Assembly (NCBI GenBank): GCA_963620575.1
Contig: CAVFBC010000001.1
Coordinates: forward strand, 111,912-175,911
Origin: Alistipes putredinis
GTDB lineage: Bacteria > Bacteroidota > Bacteroidia > Bacteroidales > Marinilabiliaceae
DNA: 64,000 nucleotides
Reading direction: 5' to 3'
Within the stretch, counting starts at the first letter, position 1, and each line of letters begins with the position of its first letter. Of this stretch, positions 19,203-29,996 are shown piece by piece. A program made the translations under genes and the position numbers. The notes below the pieces were generated by a model, which saw only the letters and a list, made by a program, of their open reading frames with translations, was not told where the DNA came from and made no database searches.

Positions 19203-22200
19203 ATGAAAACGCTCAAAAATATCCGTAGGTGGATGACCGCGACAGCGTTCGCCCTCTTGACGCCAATATACTTGTTAGCCCAGACGACGAGTGTGAGCGG
19301 CAAGGTGACGTCAAAGGACGACGGACTGCCATTGCCATTCGTCAACATAAGCATCAAGGGCACCACGACAGGAACCATATCAGACATAGACGGCAATTTC
19401 TCTTTGAAGATTAACAAGGGCGATGTGCTCGTCTTCTCATTCATAGACTGCAAGAAGATTGAGATGCCATATGACGGCCAGCAGAGTCTTAGTGTCATCA
19501 TGGAACGTGATGACCAGATGCTCGAAGAGGTTGTGGCAGTGGGCTATGGCACCATGCGAAAGAGCGACGTGACAGGCGCAGTGACATCGGTCAAGGCCGA
19601 GTCTCTCAAACAGACGCCTTCAGCTGGTCTCGATCAGGCTTTGCAAGGCAGGGCTGCGGGCGTCACTGTCAACGCTAACAGTGGTCAGCCGGGCGCATCG
19701 GCCGAGGTCAGAATCCGAGGCATCGGCAGTGTTGTCGGTGACTGCTCACCAATCTATGTAGTAGATGGAATCATAACAGACGACATATCATTCCTCGCTC
19801 CGTCTGACATTGTCTCAACCGAGATTTTGAAAGACGCCTCAGCAACGGCAATCTATGGTTCGCGTGGTGCTAATGGAGTGATTCTCGTCACAACCAAGAG
19901 CGGTGGCAAAGGGCATGGCACCATCATGGTGGACGCTTATTTCGGCATTCAGAACAGGTGGCGTAAGCTTGACCTCATGCGTCGTGACGAGATGGCATTG
20001 ACCAAGTTGCGCATCGACCCCATGAAAAACAGCGCAGGCCAATTGGCTGACTACATGAATGACGGCTTCAATGAGTGGATGCAGGTCTATAATATCTCAA
20101 ACTCCGACTATGCCCCGGCGGCCATGACAAAGTCAAATCCTACGGGTTTCGACTATTCGTCAGTCGACACTGACTGGCAGGATGAGGTTTTCAGATCAAA
20201 CGCTAAGGTGCAGAGTTACAGCATATCTATGGATGGCGGAAATGACAATGGACATTACGCCTTCAGCTCCAACTACTTCAGCCAGGACGGAACAATCATT
20301 GGTTCCGACTACATGCGTTTCACCGTCCGACTCAATGCTGACTATAAGATTAAGGACTGGCTCAAGATTGGCGAGCACATCTCTTTCTCAACATCCAAGG
20401 GCCGCAACGCAATGAATAACAGTGCAAGCCCCGGGGCGTCAATCATTTCGGCGGCTCTCGCCATGGCACCTTGGGATCCGACGCACTATCCCGCGGGGAC
20501 AATATCAGCGAGCGGCAAGAGGGATCTCAGTAACCAGATTGCCGCATCGACCAACTTCAAGAATGTGACCAATCCTTTCTCCATGGTGCAGCACAGCCAC
20601 CCCGAGGATAAGGTCGAAAGGCTTATAGGCGACGTGTATTTTGACGTGACTCCATTTGATGGCCTTGTGTGGCACACGTCTGTCAGTCTTGACATGGGTG
20701 TCAACCGAAGCCGGCTTTTTAAGGAGAAATATGAGCACTCGTCTTTTGACAAGGCGGATAAGAACTTCATTTCGAGTAGCATGACCCGCTCGTCTACTTT
20801 TGCCGAGGAGACCACCGTGACATACTCTAAGAAGATTGGTGTCAATTTCTTCAGCGTCATGGCTGGCCAGACAATGGAGCAATATGTCTCTTACAAGATT
20901 GGTGGCTCGGGTGCCTCGGTCGTCAATGCGCAAAACTCTAATAACTGGTACTTGAATCAGGCGACAGAGGATCGCACGGAGGCGGGTGACGAAGTGGCGC
21001 GCAACAGGCGCCTCTCTTTCCTCGGCCGTGTGCACTACTCCCTCATGGACAAGTACATGGTCACGTTCAACTTCCGAGGCGACGGAACGAGCAAGTTCCC
21101 GCAAAACACATGGGGTTTCTTCCCGTCCACCGCACTTGCGTGGCGCATTAGTGAGGAGGATTGGATGCCAGAGGCGAGCAGCCTCGCCTATCTCAAGCTC
21201 AGGCTTGGATGGGGACGCGTCGGCAATGACAAGGTGGGTGATGACGCCTTCACCATGAAGATGTTCACCTCGGGACCCACTTTCGTGGACTACCCCCTCG
21301 GCAAGGACCAGAGTTTGGCATCCGGCTCAGCCGTCCTCACACTGGTAAACAAGAACGGCAGGTGGGAGAACAATGAGCAGTGGAACGCAGGCATCGACTT
21401 CGGCCTGCTTGGTGGAGACCTTGAGGGCTCGGTGGACTGGTTCCTTCGCGACACAAAGGACGCCTTGCTCTATGTAGACTCCCCAGCCCATGCAGGTAAC
21501 CGATATTCTCTCTTGGCCAATGTGGGGACTCTCCGAAACCATGGCGTCGAGATTCAGCTTGACTATCATAAGCAGGCTGGGCCCGTTAACTTCTCTGTTG
21601 GAGGCAATGTCTCGTTCATCAAGAACAAACTGCGTCAGCTTAACGGCGGCCAACCACTCTGGGGCGACCGCACGGTATGCGACAAGGGATTGGCAATGAA
21701 CACCTTCTGGGGATATGAGTTCCAAGGCGTCTATCAGTCTGACGAGGAGGCGCTTGCCCATCAGTTCGCCTATTCGGCCGATGAGATATCCGTGCACGCA
21801 GGCGATGCCAAATATAACGACCGTAATGGTGACGGCAAGATTAATGACGATGACCGCACTGACCTCGGCTCGCCATTCCCATGGCTGACCTACGGCTTCA
21901 ACCTCTCAGCCAATTATATGGGTTTTGACCTGTCGGCCTTCTTCCAGGGTGTCTATGGCAACAAGATATATAACGCCTTGCGCGAGAGGACAGAGGGTGC
22001 TGGCGACGAGTGCACCCTAAGCACATCGATGCGAAATGTATGGGTCGGATATAAGGACGCCATAAGGAATAACTTGTCAAAACGTGGAGTCGATTGGCAG
22101 GCCATGGAGAACAGGTCCGGCACCATCCCCAATCCCACGGGAGCGTCAAGCAACAAGTATAATAACGACCGCCTCATTGAGGATGGCTCCTACCTGCGCC

Positions 22201-22406
22201 TCAAGACTCTCCAGCTCGGCTACACGCTGCCCGCCTCTGTCGTCCAGAAAGCCAAACTTCAGAAGGTGAGGTTCTACGTCAGCTGTACCAACCTCTTCAC
22301 AGTCACAGATTACACGGGCTATGACCCTGAAGTGGGCGGTGGTGTGGACTACGGCAACTACCCTCAGAGCCGCACTGTATCTTTTGGACTCAACATGAGT
22401 CTCTAA
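19203..22406 (+). CDS. susC: SusC/RagA-family TonB-dependent transporter
   Basis: Carboxypeptidase-regulatory-like N-domain (SGKVTSKDDGLPLPFVNISIKGTTTGTISDIDGNFSL), plug region VVAVGYGTMRKSDVTGAV and a C-terminal barrel ending FGLNMSL. Confidence 0.95.
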   Translation: MKTLKNIRRWMTATAFALLTPIYLLAQTTSVSGKVTSKDDGLPLPFVNISIKGTTTGTISDIDGNFSLKINKGDVLVFSFIDCKKIEMPYDGQQSLSVIMERDDQMLEEVVAVGYGTMRKSDVTGAVTSVKAESLKQTPSAGLDQALQGRAAGVTVNANSGQPGASAEVRIRGIGSVVGDCSPIYVVDGIITDDISFLAPSDIVSTEILKDASATAIYGSRGANGVILVTTKSGGKGHGTIMVDAYFGIQNRWRKLDLMRRDEMALTKLRIDPMKNSAGQLADYMNDGFNEWMQVYNISNSDYAPAAMTKSNPTGFDYSSVDTDWQDEVFRSNAKVQSYSISMDGGNDNGHYAFSSNYFSQDGTIIGSDYMRFTVRLNADYKIKDWLKIGEHISFSTSKGRNAMNNSASPGASIISAALAMAPWDPTHYPAGTISASGKRDLSNQIAASTNFKNVTNPFSMVQHSHPEDKVERLIGDVYFDVTPFDGLVWHTSVSLDMGVNRSRLFKEKYEHSSFDKADKNFISSSMTRSSTFAEETTVTYSKKIGVNFFSVMAGQTMEQYVSYKIGGSGASVVNAQNSNNWYLNQATEDRTEAGDEVARNRRLSFLGRVHYSLMDKYMVTFNFRGDGTSKFPQNTWGFFPSTALAWRISEEDWMPEASSLAYLKLRLGWGRVGNDKVGDDAFTMKMFTSGPTFVDYPLGKDQSLASGSAVLTLVNKNGRWENNEQWNAGIDFGLLGGDLEGSVDWFLRDTKDALLYVDSPAHAGNRYSLLANVGTLRNHGVEIQLDYHKQAGPVNFSVGGNVSFIKNKLRQLNGGQPLWGDRTVCDKGLAMNTFWGYEFQGVYQSDEEALAHQFAYSADEISVHAGDAKYNDRNGDGKINDDDRTDLGSPFPWLTYGFNLSANYMGFDLSAFFQGVYGNKIYNALRERTEGAGDECTLSTSMRNVWVGYKDAIRNNLSKRGVDWQAMENRSGTIPNPTGASSNKYNNDRLIEDGSYLRLKTLQLGYTLPASVVQKAKLQKVRFYVSCTNLFTVTDYTGYDPEVGGGVDYGNYPQSRTVSFGLNMSL

Positions 22407-22445
22407 CCAGCAAAATCTGTTTAACCTCATCAAGAACCCTTCATC

Positions 22446-24011
22446 ATGAACAAACATATTGTCATAGGAGCGGCGGCAGCCATAATCGCTTTGCCCTCTT
22501 GCGACGACTGGCTTCAGGAGCCATCCCCCGGAGTCTCAAAAATCGAGGACTACTTCTCCGGGTCTGAGACCGCGGTGCAAAATGTCAACGGGTGCTACGT
22601 GCCTCTCATGTGGGAGTATAACGACACTTATTTCCCCGAGTGGTTTATTGGCGATGTGGTGTCTGACGACGCTCTCAAGGGTGGGCAGAACACTAACGAC
22701 ATGGCCGATGTATATGACATGGAGAACTGGAAGACCATGGACAACAACGGCTTCCTCCTTGACTTCTTCCGTGCGCAATACCAAGGTGTGGCGCGCTGCA
22801 ACCTTTGCATCAGCTATGTCGGCGAAATGACGACGGGCGAAGACTTCTCGCTCCAGCTCCGAAACCGCATCCTTGCCGAGGCGCATTTCCTCAGGGCCTA
22901 CTATTACTTCCGCCTTGTCAGAGTCTTTGGAGGAGTGCCACTCGTCGACTATGTCGTTGACAGTGACACCAAATGGAATCTTGAGCGGTCCTCGGCAACG
23001 GACGTGTTTGACTTCATCAAGGAGGATCTGAAATTCGCTGAGGAGTATCTGCCCCTTAAGAGTGAATATGAGGATTCTGACCTTGGCAGGGCCACGAAAG
23101 GTGCCGCTCAGGCCATGCTCCTCAAGGCCAACCTCTACACCCACGACTATGAGGAGGCCCGCAAATGGGGCAAAAAGGTCATTGACAGTGGCGAGTACTC
23201 TCTTTGCGCGGACTATGCCGACAACTTCACTCTCGATGGTGAGAATGGCCCAGAGTCGGTCTTCGAAATCCAATATGCCGAGGATCCGACAAGTGACTAT
23301 GGCGAGGGTGACGGTTTCACGCGCGGATGCTTTGATGTCATTATGATGCGCTCACGCTCCAGTGTTTTGGGTGGTGGATGGGGATTTAACCACCCTACTC
23401 AAAACCTCTATGATGAGTTTGAGGACGGTGACATCCGCCGCGATGTTACAATCTTGACCCCATCGGCCGAGCAAATTGAAAACCAGTCGCAAGAGACGTA
23501 TCTCGGCTCTATCTATCACAACCGCAAATATGGTCTCTACATGTCCGACGACAACACGTCTTATTACAAGCTGACCCACCCTACTCGTGGACCTATAAAC
23601 AACAAGCAGATTCGTTACTCGGATGTCCTGCTGATGTACGCCGAGGCTTGCGCCGAGACGGGAGATGAGTCTGAGGCGGTCAGCGCGCTCAATCTTGTCA
23701 GGGAGAGAGTCGCTATGCCCGACTATCCCGGCTACGCCATCTCAATAAATGGGCAGACCATTTCAAGCCCCACGCTGACTGAAGCCATTCGCCATGAGAG
23801 GCGTGTAGAGCTGGCCATGGAGGGACACAGGTGGTTTGACCTCTGTCGATGGGGTGTGGCAAAAGAGACGATGGATGCATACAAGGCTACGGAGTCCGCT
23901 GAAGCGCAGTCACACATGGCTGAGTTCATCAAAGGCAAACATGAGCTTTTCCCCATCCCGTCAGAGGAGATGGATCTTAACTCGGCTCTTACGCAAAATC
24001 CTGGCTACTAA
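22446..24011 (+). CDS. susD: SusD/RagB-family glycan-binding lipoprotein
   Basis: Lipobox ALPSC, motifs AEAHFLRAYYYFRLVRVFGGVPL and RHERRVELAMEGHRWFDLCRWG, immediately downstream of susC. Confidence 0.95.
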   Translation: MNKHIVIGAAAAIIALPSCDDWLQEPSPGVSKIEDYFSGSETAVQNVNGCYVPLMWEYNDTYFPEWFIGDVVSDDALKGGQNTNDMADVYDMENWKTMDNNGFLLDFFRAQYQGVARCNLCISYVGEMTTGEDFSLQLRNRILAEAHFLRAYYYFRLVRVFGGVPLVDYVVDSDTKWNLERSSATDVFDFIKEDLKFAEEYLPLKSEYEDSDLGRATKGAAQAMLLKANLYTHDYEEARKWGKKVIDSGEYSLCADYADNFTLDGENGPESVFEIQYAEDPTSDYGEGDGFTRGCFDVIMMRSRSSVLGGGWGFNHPTQNLYDEFEDGDIRRDVTILTPSAEQIENQSQETYLGSIYHNRKYGLYMSDDNTSYYKLTHPTRGPINNKQIRYSDVLLMYAEACAETGDESEAVSALNLVRERVAMPDYPGYAISINGQTISSPTLTEAIRHERRVELAMEGHRWFDLCRWGVAKETMDAYKATESAEAQSHMAEFIKGKHELFPIPSEEMDLNSALTQNPGY

Positions 24012-24075
24012 CTCATAGTGGCTATTTAGAAGCTACAATAATCGCACAAACAGAAACAACCAAAAACTTTTTATC

Positions 24076-25059
24076 ATGAAAATGACAAGATTCTTCGCAT
24101 TTGCGGCAATGACTGCTGCTGTGCTGACATCGTGCAGCAAGGATGACAACGATGACGAAGTTGTACCTGACAACGAAGTCAAAGTTGAGAGCGTTACCCT
24201 CTCTGCCACAACGGCCGAGGTCAAGGTGGGCGAAGTGCTCACCCTCACCGCCACCCTTCAGCCTACCGGCGCAAAGGGCGACATTGTCTGGGCTTCATCA
24301 GACGAGAAGGTCGCCACAGTGTCTGCTGGCACTGTGACTGGCGTTGCTGAGGGCACGGCCATCATTTCTGCCTCGGTAGGTGACATCGTCGCCAACTGCC
24401 AAGTCAAGGTCGCCAAGGCCGAGGAGGAGAAGAATGACGAGCAGCAACTCTCTGGTTCTAACTTCTATGTCTTCCAAATGGATGGCGCAACCTATGATTC
24501 TCTTGGTGACAAGGTCAAGATGGACCTTAGGACAGATGAATCCACCAAGTTCCTCTATGTCTGGAACGACACTTATGAGGCAGGAACGACATCTGGCAAG
24601 AACTTCTTCGGCATTGCTGACTCTTGGATTTCGCTCAAGGTCACCAATGCAGGCTGGTCTGGCTGCGGCTTCTGCTATGGTACTGACGAGAATCCCTACG
24701 ACCTCTCGGCCCTCTATGACATCTATCAGAACCCCTCTGAATACTATTTCCACATTGCCATGAAGTCCACTGACAACGCTTCGCATTGCGTCATCCTCTA
24801 TGGTGACGGCACTGAGGTCAAGTATGGCATAGGCGGCGCTTATGTTGACAATGGTGTCAGCTATGAGTCTCTCGGCTCTCTCACCCGCGATGGCGAGTGG
24901 AACGAGATTGAGGTGCCAATGTCCAAGTTTGTAGACAAAGGCCTCATCTACAGCGAGAACTGGAAGCCCACCACGGGCCAGAACCTCGTAGCTTTCCTCT
25001 CAGGCGGTGTCCAGGGCACACAGCTCCAGATTGACGCCATGTACATCTACAAGAAATAA
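24076..25059 (+). CDS. Surface glycan-binding lipoprotein (SGBP position) with a Big_2 Ig-like domain
   Basis: Lipobox LTSC; Big_2-like segment VESVTLSATTAEVKVGEVLTLTATLQP...VTGVAEGTAIISA; occupies the position after susD. Confidence 0.6.
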   Translation: MKMTRFFAFAAMTAAVLTSCSKDDNDDEVVPDNEVKVESVTLSATTAEVKVGEVLTLTATLQPTGAKGDIVWASSDEKVATVSAGTVTGVAEGTAIISASVGDIVANCQVKVAKAEEEKNDEQQLSGSNFYVFQMDGATYDSLGDKVKMDLRTDESTKFLYVWNDTYEAGTTSGKNFFGIADSWISLKVTNAGWSGCGFCYGTDENPYDLSALYDIYQNPSEYYFHIAMKSTDNASHCVILYGDGTEVKYGIGGAYVDNGVSYESLGSLTRDGEWNEIEVPMSKFVDKGLIYSENWKPTTGQNLVAFLSGGVQGTQLQIDAMYIYKK

Positions 25060-25164
25060 TTATTAGTGGTTCCTGAAAACTTGCGCATGATGCCTTTGCG
25101 GCCTTTATGGTGCTCTGATGTCGTGCGCAAGTTTTTTCCTTTTTAATCAATAACCCTCATTACC

Positions 25165-26223
25165 ATGATCTCTATCAAAATGTCGTCTTGCCTCCTCCTG
25201 CTCGGCCTTGCCGTTTGTGGCTGCTCATCAGACGAGAGTGACGCCTCGCCCGTCGCCACTGTCTCTGTGACCATTGACGGACCTGTCACTTTAGCCATGG
25301 ATGAGGGCGACACGCGTCAACTCTCAGCCACGGCTTCTGATGGCTCTTCGGTGGTCTGGACAAGTTCCGACCCACAGGTGGCTGTCGTGTCAGATGACGG
25401 ACTTGTAACAGCCATCGGCTACGGCAAGGCGCAAGTTAAGGCCTCTGTCGGCTCTGCTTCGTCTTCGCGGACTGTCTTAGTGCGAGGCTATACCCTCGTC
25501 TGGTCAGATGAGTTTGACGGACAAACACTTGACGATGCAAAATGGAACATCGAGACAGGTGCCGGAGGCTGGGGCAACAACGAGAAGCAATGTTATACGG
25601 GCCGAAGTGAAAACCTCAGAGTCTCCGATGGAAACCTTGAGATACAGGCCCGCAAGGAGAGCTACTCCAGCGCAAACTACACGTCGGCCAGGATAACCAC
25701 AAAAAACAAAGCAAGTTTTACCTTCGGAAAAATGGAGGCCCGGATTAAGCTCCCTTCTGGTGGCGGAACATGGCCCGCTTTCTGGATGCTTGGCTACGGA
25801 TCTTGGCCCTATTGTGGCGAGATTGACATAATGGAGCATGTGGGCAACAATCCGTTCATGACCTCTTTCGCTCTCCACACGCAGCAAGCCAACGGACTGA
25901 AAGGCAATAACTGGAACTCGCAAAAAACAAACATGGCCGTTGAAGGTGAATGGCATACTTTCGGTGTCGTCTGGGAGGATAATTACCAGAACACAGGTAT
26001 GGATGCTATTGTCTTCACCATAGACGGCGTCGAATATGCCAAAAAGAGACAGCAGACGGAAGACAAGTCCGAATGGCCTTTCAATGACGATTTCTTTATA
26101 ATACTCAACATGGCTCTTGGCGGAAACATGGGTGGGACGATCAATGATGACATTTTTGAGCAAGACGTGGTCATGTATGTTGATTATGTCCGTGTCTACC
26201 AGAAGAAATACCCTGAGCTATGA
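25165..26223 (+). CDS. GH16 endo-beta-1,3-glucanase (laminarinase-type) with an N-terminal Big_2 domain
   Basis: Lipobox VCGC. WSDEFDG...KWN, the catalytic GEIDIMEH (ExDxxE), WPAFWMLG and VDYVRVYQ are present. Confidence 0.9.
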   Translation: MISIKMSSCLLLLGLAVCGCSSDESDASPVATVSVTIDGPVTLAMDEGDTRQLSATASDGSSVVWTSSDPQVAVVSDDGLVTAIGYGKAQVKASVGSASSSRTVLVRGYTLVWSDEFDGQTLDDAKWNIETGAGGWGNNEKQCYTGRSENLRVSDGNLEIQARKESYSSANYTSARITTKNKASFTFGKMEARIKLPSGGGTWPAFWMLGYGSWPYCGEIDIMEHVGNNPFMTSFALHTQQANGLKGNNWNSQKTNMAVEGEWHTFGVVWEDNYQNTGMDAIVFTIDGVEYAKKRQQTEDKSEWPFNDDFFIILNMALGGNMGGTINDDIFEQDVVMYVDYVRVYQKKYPEL

Positions 26224-27512
26224 AATCATACTCAGTGACAATCTGCATGTCAGTCCTGATGGCATTTCTCATGGGGTCTTGCTCCGATGATGTGCAGTCG
26301 GGCTCGACTGGCGAAAACACAACTGAGGTGCGACACGTGCCGCGCCGCAGTGCAAAGCGAGGTGTCGGCTATTCATTCCAACTTCCGCAGACGGATATGC
26401 TCCTCCTCTCGAGTGGCATCAGCTGGTTCTATAATTGGGGCCCGTCTTGCTCTGATGATATAACCTCAGAGGCGGAAAGATATTCCATCGGTTTTGTGCC
26501 GATGGCTTGGAATAACCACTATGATACTGTAGCTATTGCAAAATCTTCTGCTATCTTTGGATGTGAGTATCTATTGGCTTTCAATGAGCCCAATCTGACT
26601 AACGAGGCCAACATGACACCCACTCAGGCTGCTGCTTATTGGCCTGCGCTCAGGTCTTTCGCCAAGAGTCATAACCTTAAGATTATATCCCCCGCCCTCA
26701 ATTATGGCACTCTGCCAGGATACTCAGACCCCACCGTCTGGCTCGATGAGTTCCTGTCTCAAGATGGCGTCTCGGCCGAGGATATTCATGCCATAGCCTT
26801 ACATTGCTACATGAGTTCTGCCTCTTCACTCAAGGGCTTTATTGATAAGTTCAGGAAATATGGCAAACCAGTGTGGCTGACTGAGTTTTGCGCTTGGGAT
26901 GAGAGCATAACATCTGCCGAGTCTCAGATTGCCTATATGAGTGAGGCTGTGTCCTATCTTGAGGAGAATGACCTTGTGGCGCGATATGCGTGGTTCATCC
27001 CTCGTCACAATGGCTACCCCTATATGGCACTTCTTGAGGATGAAAGACTTACTGATGCCGGACATGTCTATGTGGGAGCCTCGTCGGCTGACAAGGGGGC
27101 ATTCGCTCTCCCATCGCAGGTGTGGCCGGCGTCTCAATATCAGGCATCTAATGTGTCGGAGTGCATGGACGCCGATGTCGAGTTCAAATCCGCACCGCGT
27201 CTGCGCATAGCGCAAGATGCTAAGGCTGTGACCGACTTGGAGGTGACCGACTTCTCTACTGGCAAATGGCTGCAATATGGTGTGGATGCGACAACTGGGG
27301 TCTCGTCACTTACATTGAGGCTCAACACAAAGGTAAGCTCTGATGTCACCATAAGTGTTGATGGCTCAGAGGCCGTGAACACGCAATTATCAACCTCAGG
27401 CGAGTGGCAAGAGGTTTCCATGCCCATTGATGTTCCACGTGGCACACACGAGGTCCGCATTTCAGTAGTTAAAGGCTCACTCTCTCTCGGATGGCTGCGT
27501 TTTGGCAATTGA
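26220..27512 (+). CDS. Clan GH-A 'glycosyl hydrolase catalytic core' enzyme (GH128/GH158-type beta-1,3-glucanase) plus a C-terminal beta-sandwich
   Basis: Lipobox MGSC; KRGVGYSF...ISWFYNWGP...FNEPN...WLTEFC pattern of an (alpha/beta)8 retaining hydrolase. The start overlaps the GH16 stop as ATGA. The family call is from memory and synteny. Confidence 0.65.
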   Translation: MKSYSVTICMSVLMAFLMGSCSDDVQSGSTGENTTEVRHVPRRSAKRGVGYSFQLPQTDMLLLSSGISWFYNWGPSCSDDITSEAERYSIGFVPMAWNNHYDTVAIAKSSAIFGCEYLLAFNEPNLTNEANMTPTQAAAYWPALRSFAKSHNLKIISPALNYGTLPGYSDPTVWLDEFLSQDGVSAEDIHAIALHCYMSSASSLKGFIDKFRKYGKPVWLTEFCAWDESITSAESQIAYMSEAVSYLEENDLVARYAWFIPRHNGYPYMALLEDERLTDAGHVYVGASSADKGAFALPSQVWPASQYQASNVSECMDADVEFKSAPRLRIAQDAKAVTDLEVTDFSTGKWLQYGVDATTGVSSLTLRLNTKVSSDVTISVDGSEAVNTQLSTSGEWQEVSMPIDVPRGTHEVRISVVKGSLSLGWLRFGN

Positions 27513-27556
27513 ATGGCAAAGTCAAAGTGGTTGTTTAAATAAAAAAATCCACCATC

Positions 27557-29788
27557 ATGATATTTAAAACAAATCGAATAATCCTTGCGGCGGCGTCGCT
27601 CGCTCTCGTCTCGTGCTCACAGCCTAAGACAGATCCAGTTGAGCAGAAGATAGACGAGCTTTTGCTCAAAATGACGCTTGACGAGAAAATTGGTCAGCTC
27701 AACCAGATTAACGGTGTTGGCGGGGCCTCGCCTGAAATGGTCGAGCAGGTGCGCAGTGGCATGGTCGGCTCCATCCTCAACGAGGTCGACCTCGCCACTG
27801 TCAATGAGTTGCAACGAGTGGCAGTTGAGGAGTCGCGTCTCGGAATACCACTTGTATATGCCAGAGATGTAATCCATGGTTTCAAGACCATCTTCCCCAT
27901 CCCGCTTGGTCAGGCGGCAACATGGAACCCGACGCTCGTCGAGCGTGGTGCGCGCATCGCTGCCATTGAGGCCTCGACGAGGGGCGTGAGGTGGACTTTC
28001 TCGCCCATGATTGACGTGTCGCGAGACGCCCGTTGGGGACGAATAGCTGAGTCTTTTGGCGAGGACACTTATCTTTCCACAGTCCTTGGCGAGGCCATGA
28101 CACTCGGGTATCAGACCTCGGACCTTTCGCAGCCTACGTCCATAGCGGCTTGTGCCAAGCATTTCTGCTGCTATGGCGCTTCTGAGTCAGGACGTGATTA
28201 TAACACAACCTGGATTCCTGAGGTCCAGTTGCGTGACACTTATCTGCCTCCATTCCGCCGCCAGGTTGAGATTGGCGCAGCCACTTTCATGTGCTCTTTC
28301 AATGACATCAATGGCGTGCCATCTTCAGGCAATGAACATCTCAATATTGACATCTTGCGAAAAGAGTGGAGTTATGATGGTCTTTTGGTCTCAGACTGGA
28401 ATAGCATTGGCCAGATGGTAACCCATGGAGTGGCAGAAGACCTGGGGCAGGCTTCCGAATTGGCTCTTCACTCGCGTGTGGGCATGGACATGATGTCTTT
28501 CGCATATACTCAAAATGCCAAGAGGTTAGTGAATGAGGGAAAGGTCTCAATGGATGAGGTTGACAATGCTGTGCGTGATGTGCTCCGACTCAAATTCCGT
28601 CTTGGGCTTTTTGATAATCCTTACACTGTAGTCTCAAACGATTCAACCTATTGCGACAAGTTCCTTGCCGATGCGAGGGAAGCTTGTATCCAGAGCACCA
28701 TCTTGCTCAAGAATGACGGTCTCCTCCCTTTGGCGGATGGCCTCTCGGTTGCTCTCATAGGTCCATTGGCCGACAGCGGCGTCGATCAGATTGGCACCTG
28801 GTCTTTCGATGGCGAGCCAGACCATTGTGTCACTCCTGTTGCGGCCTTCAAGCAAGAGGCTGCGTCACGCGTGGCAATTGCTGAACCCGGACTCAAATAC
28901 AGCCGAGACAAGGCGGATGATGATTTTAACAGGGCGCTTAATGCTGCTGCAAAGGCTGATGTGACTATTTTCTTCGCTGGTGAGGAGTCTATTCTTTCTG
29001 GAGAGGCCAAATGCAGGGCTGATGTTTCACTCCCGGGTCGTCAGACTGAATTGCTTGAGGCTCTCAAGAAGGCTAAGCGTAAGGTCGTGCTCGTTGTCAT
29101 GGCTGGCCGTCCGCTCGCCATCAGCAAGGAAGTCGAGTTGGCCGACGCTGTTCTCTATCAGTTCCATGGCGGGACGATGGCTGGGCCTGCATTGGCAGAT
29201 GTTATTCTTGGCAAGGCGTCACCCTCTGGCCGTCTGCCGGTCTCGCTCCCGCGAATGTCTGGTCAAGTCCCTCTTTACTATAACCATAAGAATACAGGAC
29301 GCCCTGCTGAGAACATTGTCATGATGGACGATATTGTCCCGGGTGCGCCTCAGTTCTCACTCGGTGCCACAAGCTACCACCTCGATGCAGGTGATGGCCC
29401 TCTCTTCCCCTTTGGTTTTGGACTCTCCTACGGGTCGTTTGACTATGCCGCGCCGACGCTCTCGTCCACGACAATGAGCATGACCGACACACTCACCATC
29501 TCTTGTGACATCAAGAACACAAGTGGTGTCGATGCCATGGAGACGCCCCAGTTGTATGTCCGTGATCGAGTCGGCTCACTCTGTCGACCCATCCGTGAGC
29601 TCAAAGGGTTCACCAAGGTGATGATTCCCGCAGGTCAGACCACAACTGTGTCATTTAAACTTACTGCCAATGACTTGGCTTTCTGCCATTTGGATAATAA
29701 GTTTTATGCCGAGGCTGGCGACTTTGACCTATGGGTGGCTTCTAATGCGGAGGCTGGTCTGCCGGTCCGCTTCACGCTAACTAAGTAA
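27557..29788 (+). CDS. GH3 beta-glucosidase
   Basis: Lipobox LVSC; MTLDEKIGQL, KHFCCYGASESGRDYN and GLLVSDW (nucleophile Asp); C-terminal Fn3-like domain. Confidence 0.92.
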   Translation: MIFKTNRIILAAASLALVSCSQPKTDPVEQKIDELLLKMTLDEKIGQLNQINGVGGASPEMVEQVRSGMVGSILNEVDLATVNELQRVAVEESRLGIPLVYARDVIHGFKTIFPIPLGQAATWNPTLVERGARIAAIEASTRGVRWTFSPMIDVSRDARWGRIAESFGEDTYLSTVLGEAMTLGYQTSDLSQPTSIAACAKHFCCYGASESGRDYNTTWIPEVQLRDTYLPPFRRQVEIGAATFMCSFNDINGVPSSGNEHLNIDILRKEWSYDGLLVSDWNSIGQMVTHGVAEDLGQASELALHSRVGMDMMSFAYTQNAKRLVNEGKVSMDEVDNAVRDVLRLKFRLGLFDNPYTVVSNDSTYCDKFLADAREACIQSTILLKNDGLLPLADGLSVALIGPLADSGVDQIGTWSFDGEPDHCVTPVAAFKQEAASRVAIAEPGLKYSRDKADDDFNRALNAAAKADVTIFFAGEESILSGEAKCRADVSLPGRQTELLEALKKAKRKVVLVVMAGRPLAISKEVELADAVLYQFHGGTMAGPALADVILGKASPSGRLPVSLPRMSGQVPLYYNHKNTGRPAENIVMMDDIVPGAPQFSLGATSYHLDAGDGPLFPFGFGLSYGSFDYAAPTLSSTTMSMTDTLTISCDIKNTSGVDAMETPQLYVRDRVGSLCRPIRELKGFTKVMIPAGQTTTVSFKLTANDLAFCHLDNKFYAEAGDFDLWVASNAEAGLPVRFTLTK

Positions 29789-29907
29789 TCTGCTAAGTTT
29801 TCATAAGATGTTAATCGTCCCTTGCGCAGAGATGCGTGGGGGACGATTTCCCGCATACTTAATCTACCATTGTAACCGCTTTACAAATAATTATTTGTGT
29901 GGCTTTG

Positions 29908-29954
29908 GAAATAAAATATCCGCCCCGCAGGTGTTCTTATACCTGTGGGGCGGA
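29908..29954 (-). terminator. Rho-independent terminator of the minus-strand pst/nitroreductase unit
   Basis: 14-bp stem tccgccccgcaggt/acctgtggggcgga (one G-U pair). On the minus strand it is followed by atattttatttcc. Confidence 0.65.
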
Positions 29955-29996
29955 TGTCTCTATATTTATCATTAACCCGTGCAGGGTTATCTTACC

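Noticed and set aside
22536-23273. 245-aa antisense ORF in susD, with similar ones in GH43 (4857-5654), GH16 (25504-26163), MCP2 (55814-56551) and cheA (59027-59665)
   Set aside because: All are antisense to strongly supported genes and lack independent evidence.
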